DNA from: Snowella sp.
GTDB taxonomy: Bacteria; Cyanobacteriota; Cyanobacteriia; Cyanobacteriales; Microcystaceae
Assembly: GCA_035285545.1 (NCBI GenBank)
Contig: JAYKGY010000063.1
Location: forward strand, 1-49,862
DNA length: 49,862 nucleotides
Direction of reading: 5' to 3'
A program made the position numbers and the translations under genes. This document shows, piece after piece, positions 49,738 through 49,862 of the stretch. The number at the start of each line of letters is the position of its first letter. Within the stretch, counting starts at the first letter, position 1. The notes under the pieces were generated by a model that did no database searches, was not told where the DNA came from, and saw only the letters and a list, made by a program, of their open reading frames with translations.

Positions 49738-49862
49738 GGTAGTGATTCGATAGTAGTGGTGGAGGCTTAAGCCTTTGCTAATCGGGCATTGTAGTCGTGT
49801 ATAAAGTACCAAATTGCCCCAATATGATTCTCCACATTTTTGGAAAAAGAGAGACTTTCTCT
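49738..49862 (-). mobile_element. Right end of a second IS1-family copy, inverted relative to the first (partial)
   Basis: Reverse complement of about 506-630. Encodes the transposase C-terminus ESLSFSKNVENHIGAIWYFIHDYNARLAKA*. Confidence 0.92.

Noticed and set aside
1..49862. Very high density of GCGATCGC, and the idea of a 49-kb composite transposon
   Set aside because: HIP1 abundance is normal for cyanobacteria. The enclosed genes are core housekeeping genes, and IS copies at both ends are more simply explained by assembly breaks.

Overview
This is a 49.9-kb chromosomal segment of a unicellular cyanobacterium. HIP1 octamers (GCGATCGC) are very dense, and psb29, ycf46/ycf35, pilB1-pilT1-pilC and dnaK2 with a K-box are present; a Chroococcales-like origin is my inference. 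Both ends are right ends of inverted, slightly diverged copies of an IS1-family element. Most of the window is ordinary core genome (lnt, pil, infC, purH, PBP1A, ECF sigma/anti-sigma, dnaK). Two regions stand out. (1) At 1065-3377 there is a capB-capC poly-gamma-glutamate synthetase-like pair, in which CapC is internally duplicated and no capA is present in the window. (2) At 30525-31701 there is a HIP1-delimited tandem array with an exact 378-bp period. Its three cassettes each carry a conserved hairpin leader and a small coiled-coil/C-terminal-TM gene with constant ends and a shuffled middle, and the array converges on an endolysin-like PG-binding/GH19 gene. Other points are a DXCF cyanobacteriochrome hybrid kinase, structured intergenic RNA in the ycf46 operon, and Fur-like and ECF-like promoter motifs. 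All family calls come from motifs recognised by eye; no searches were run.
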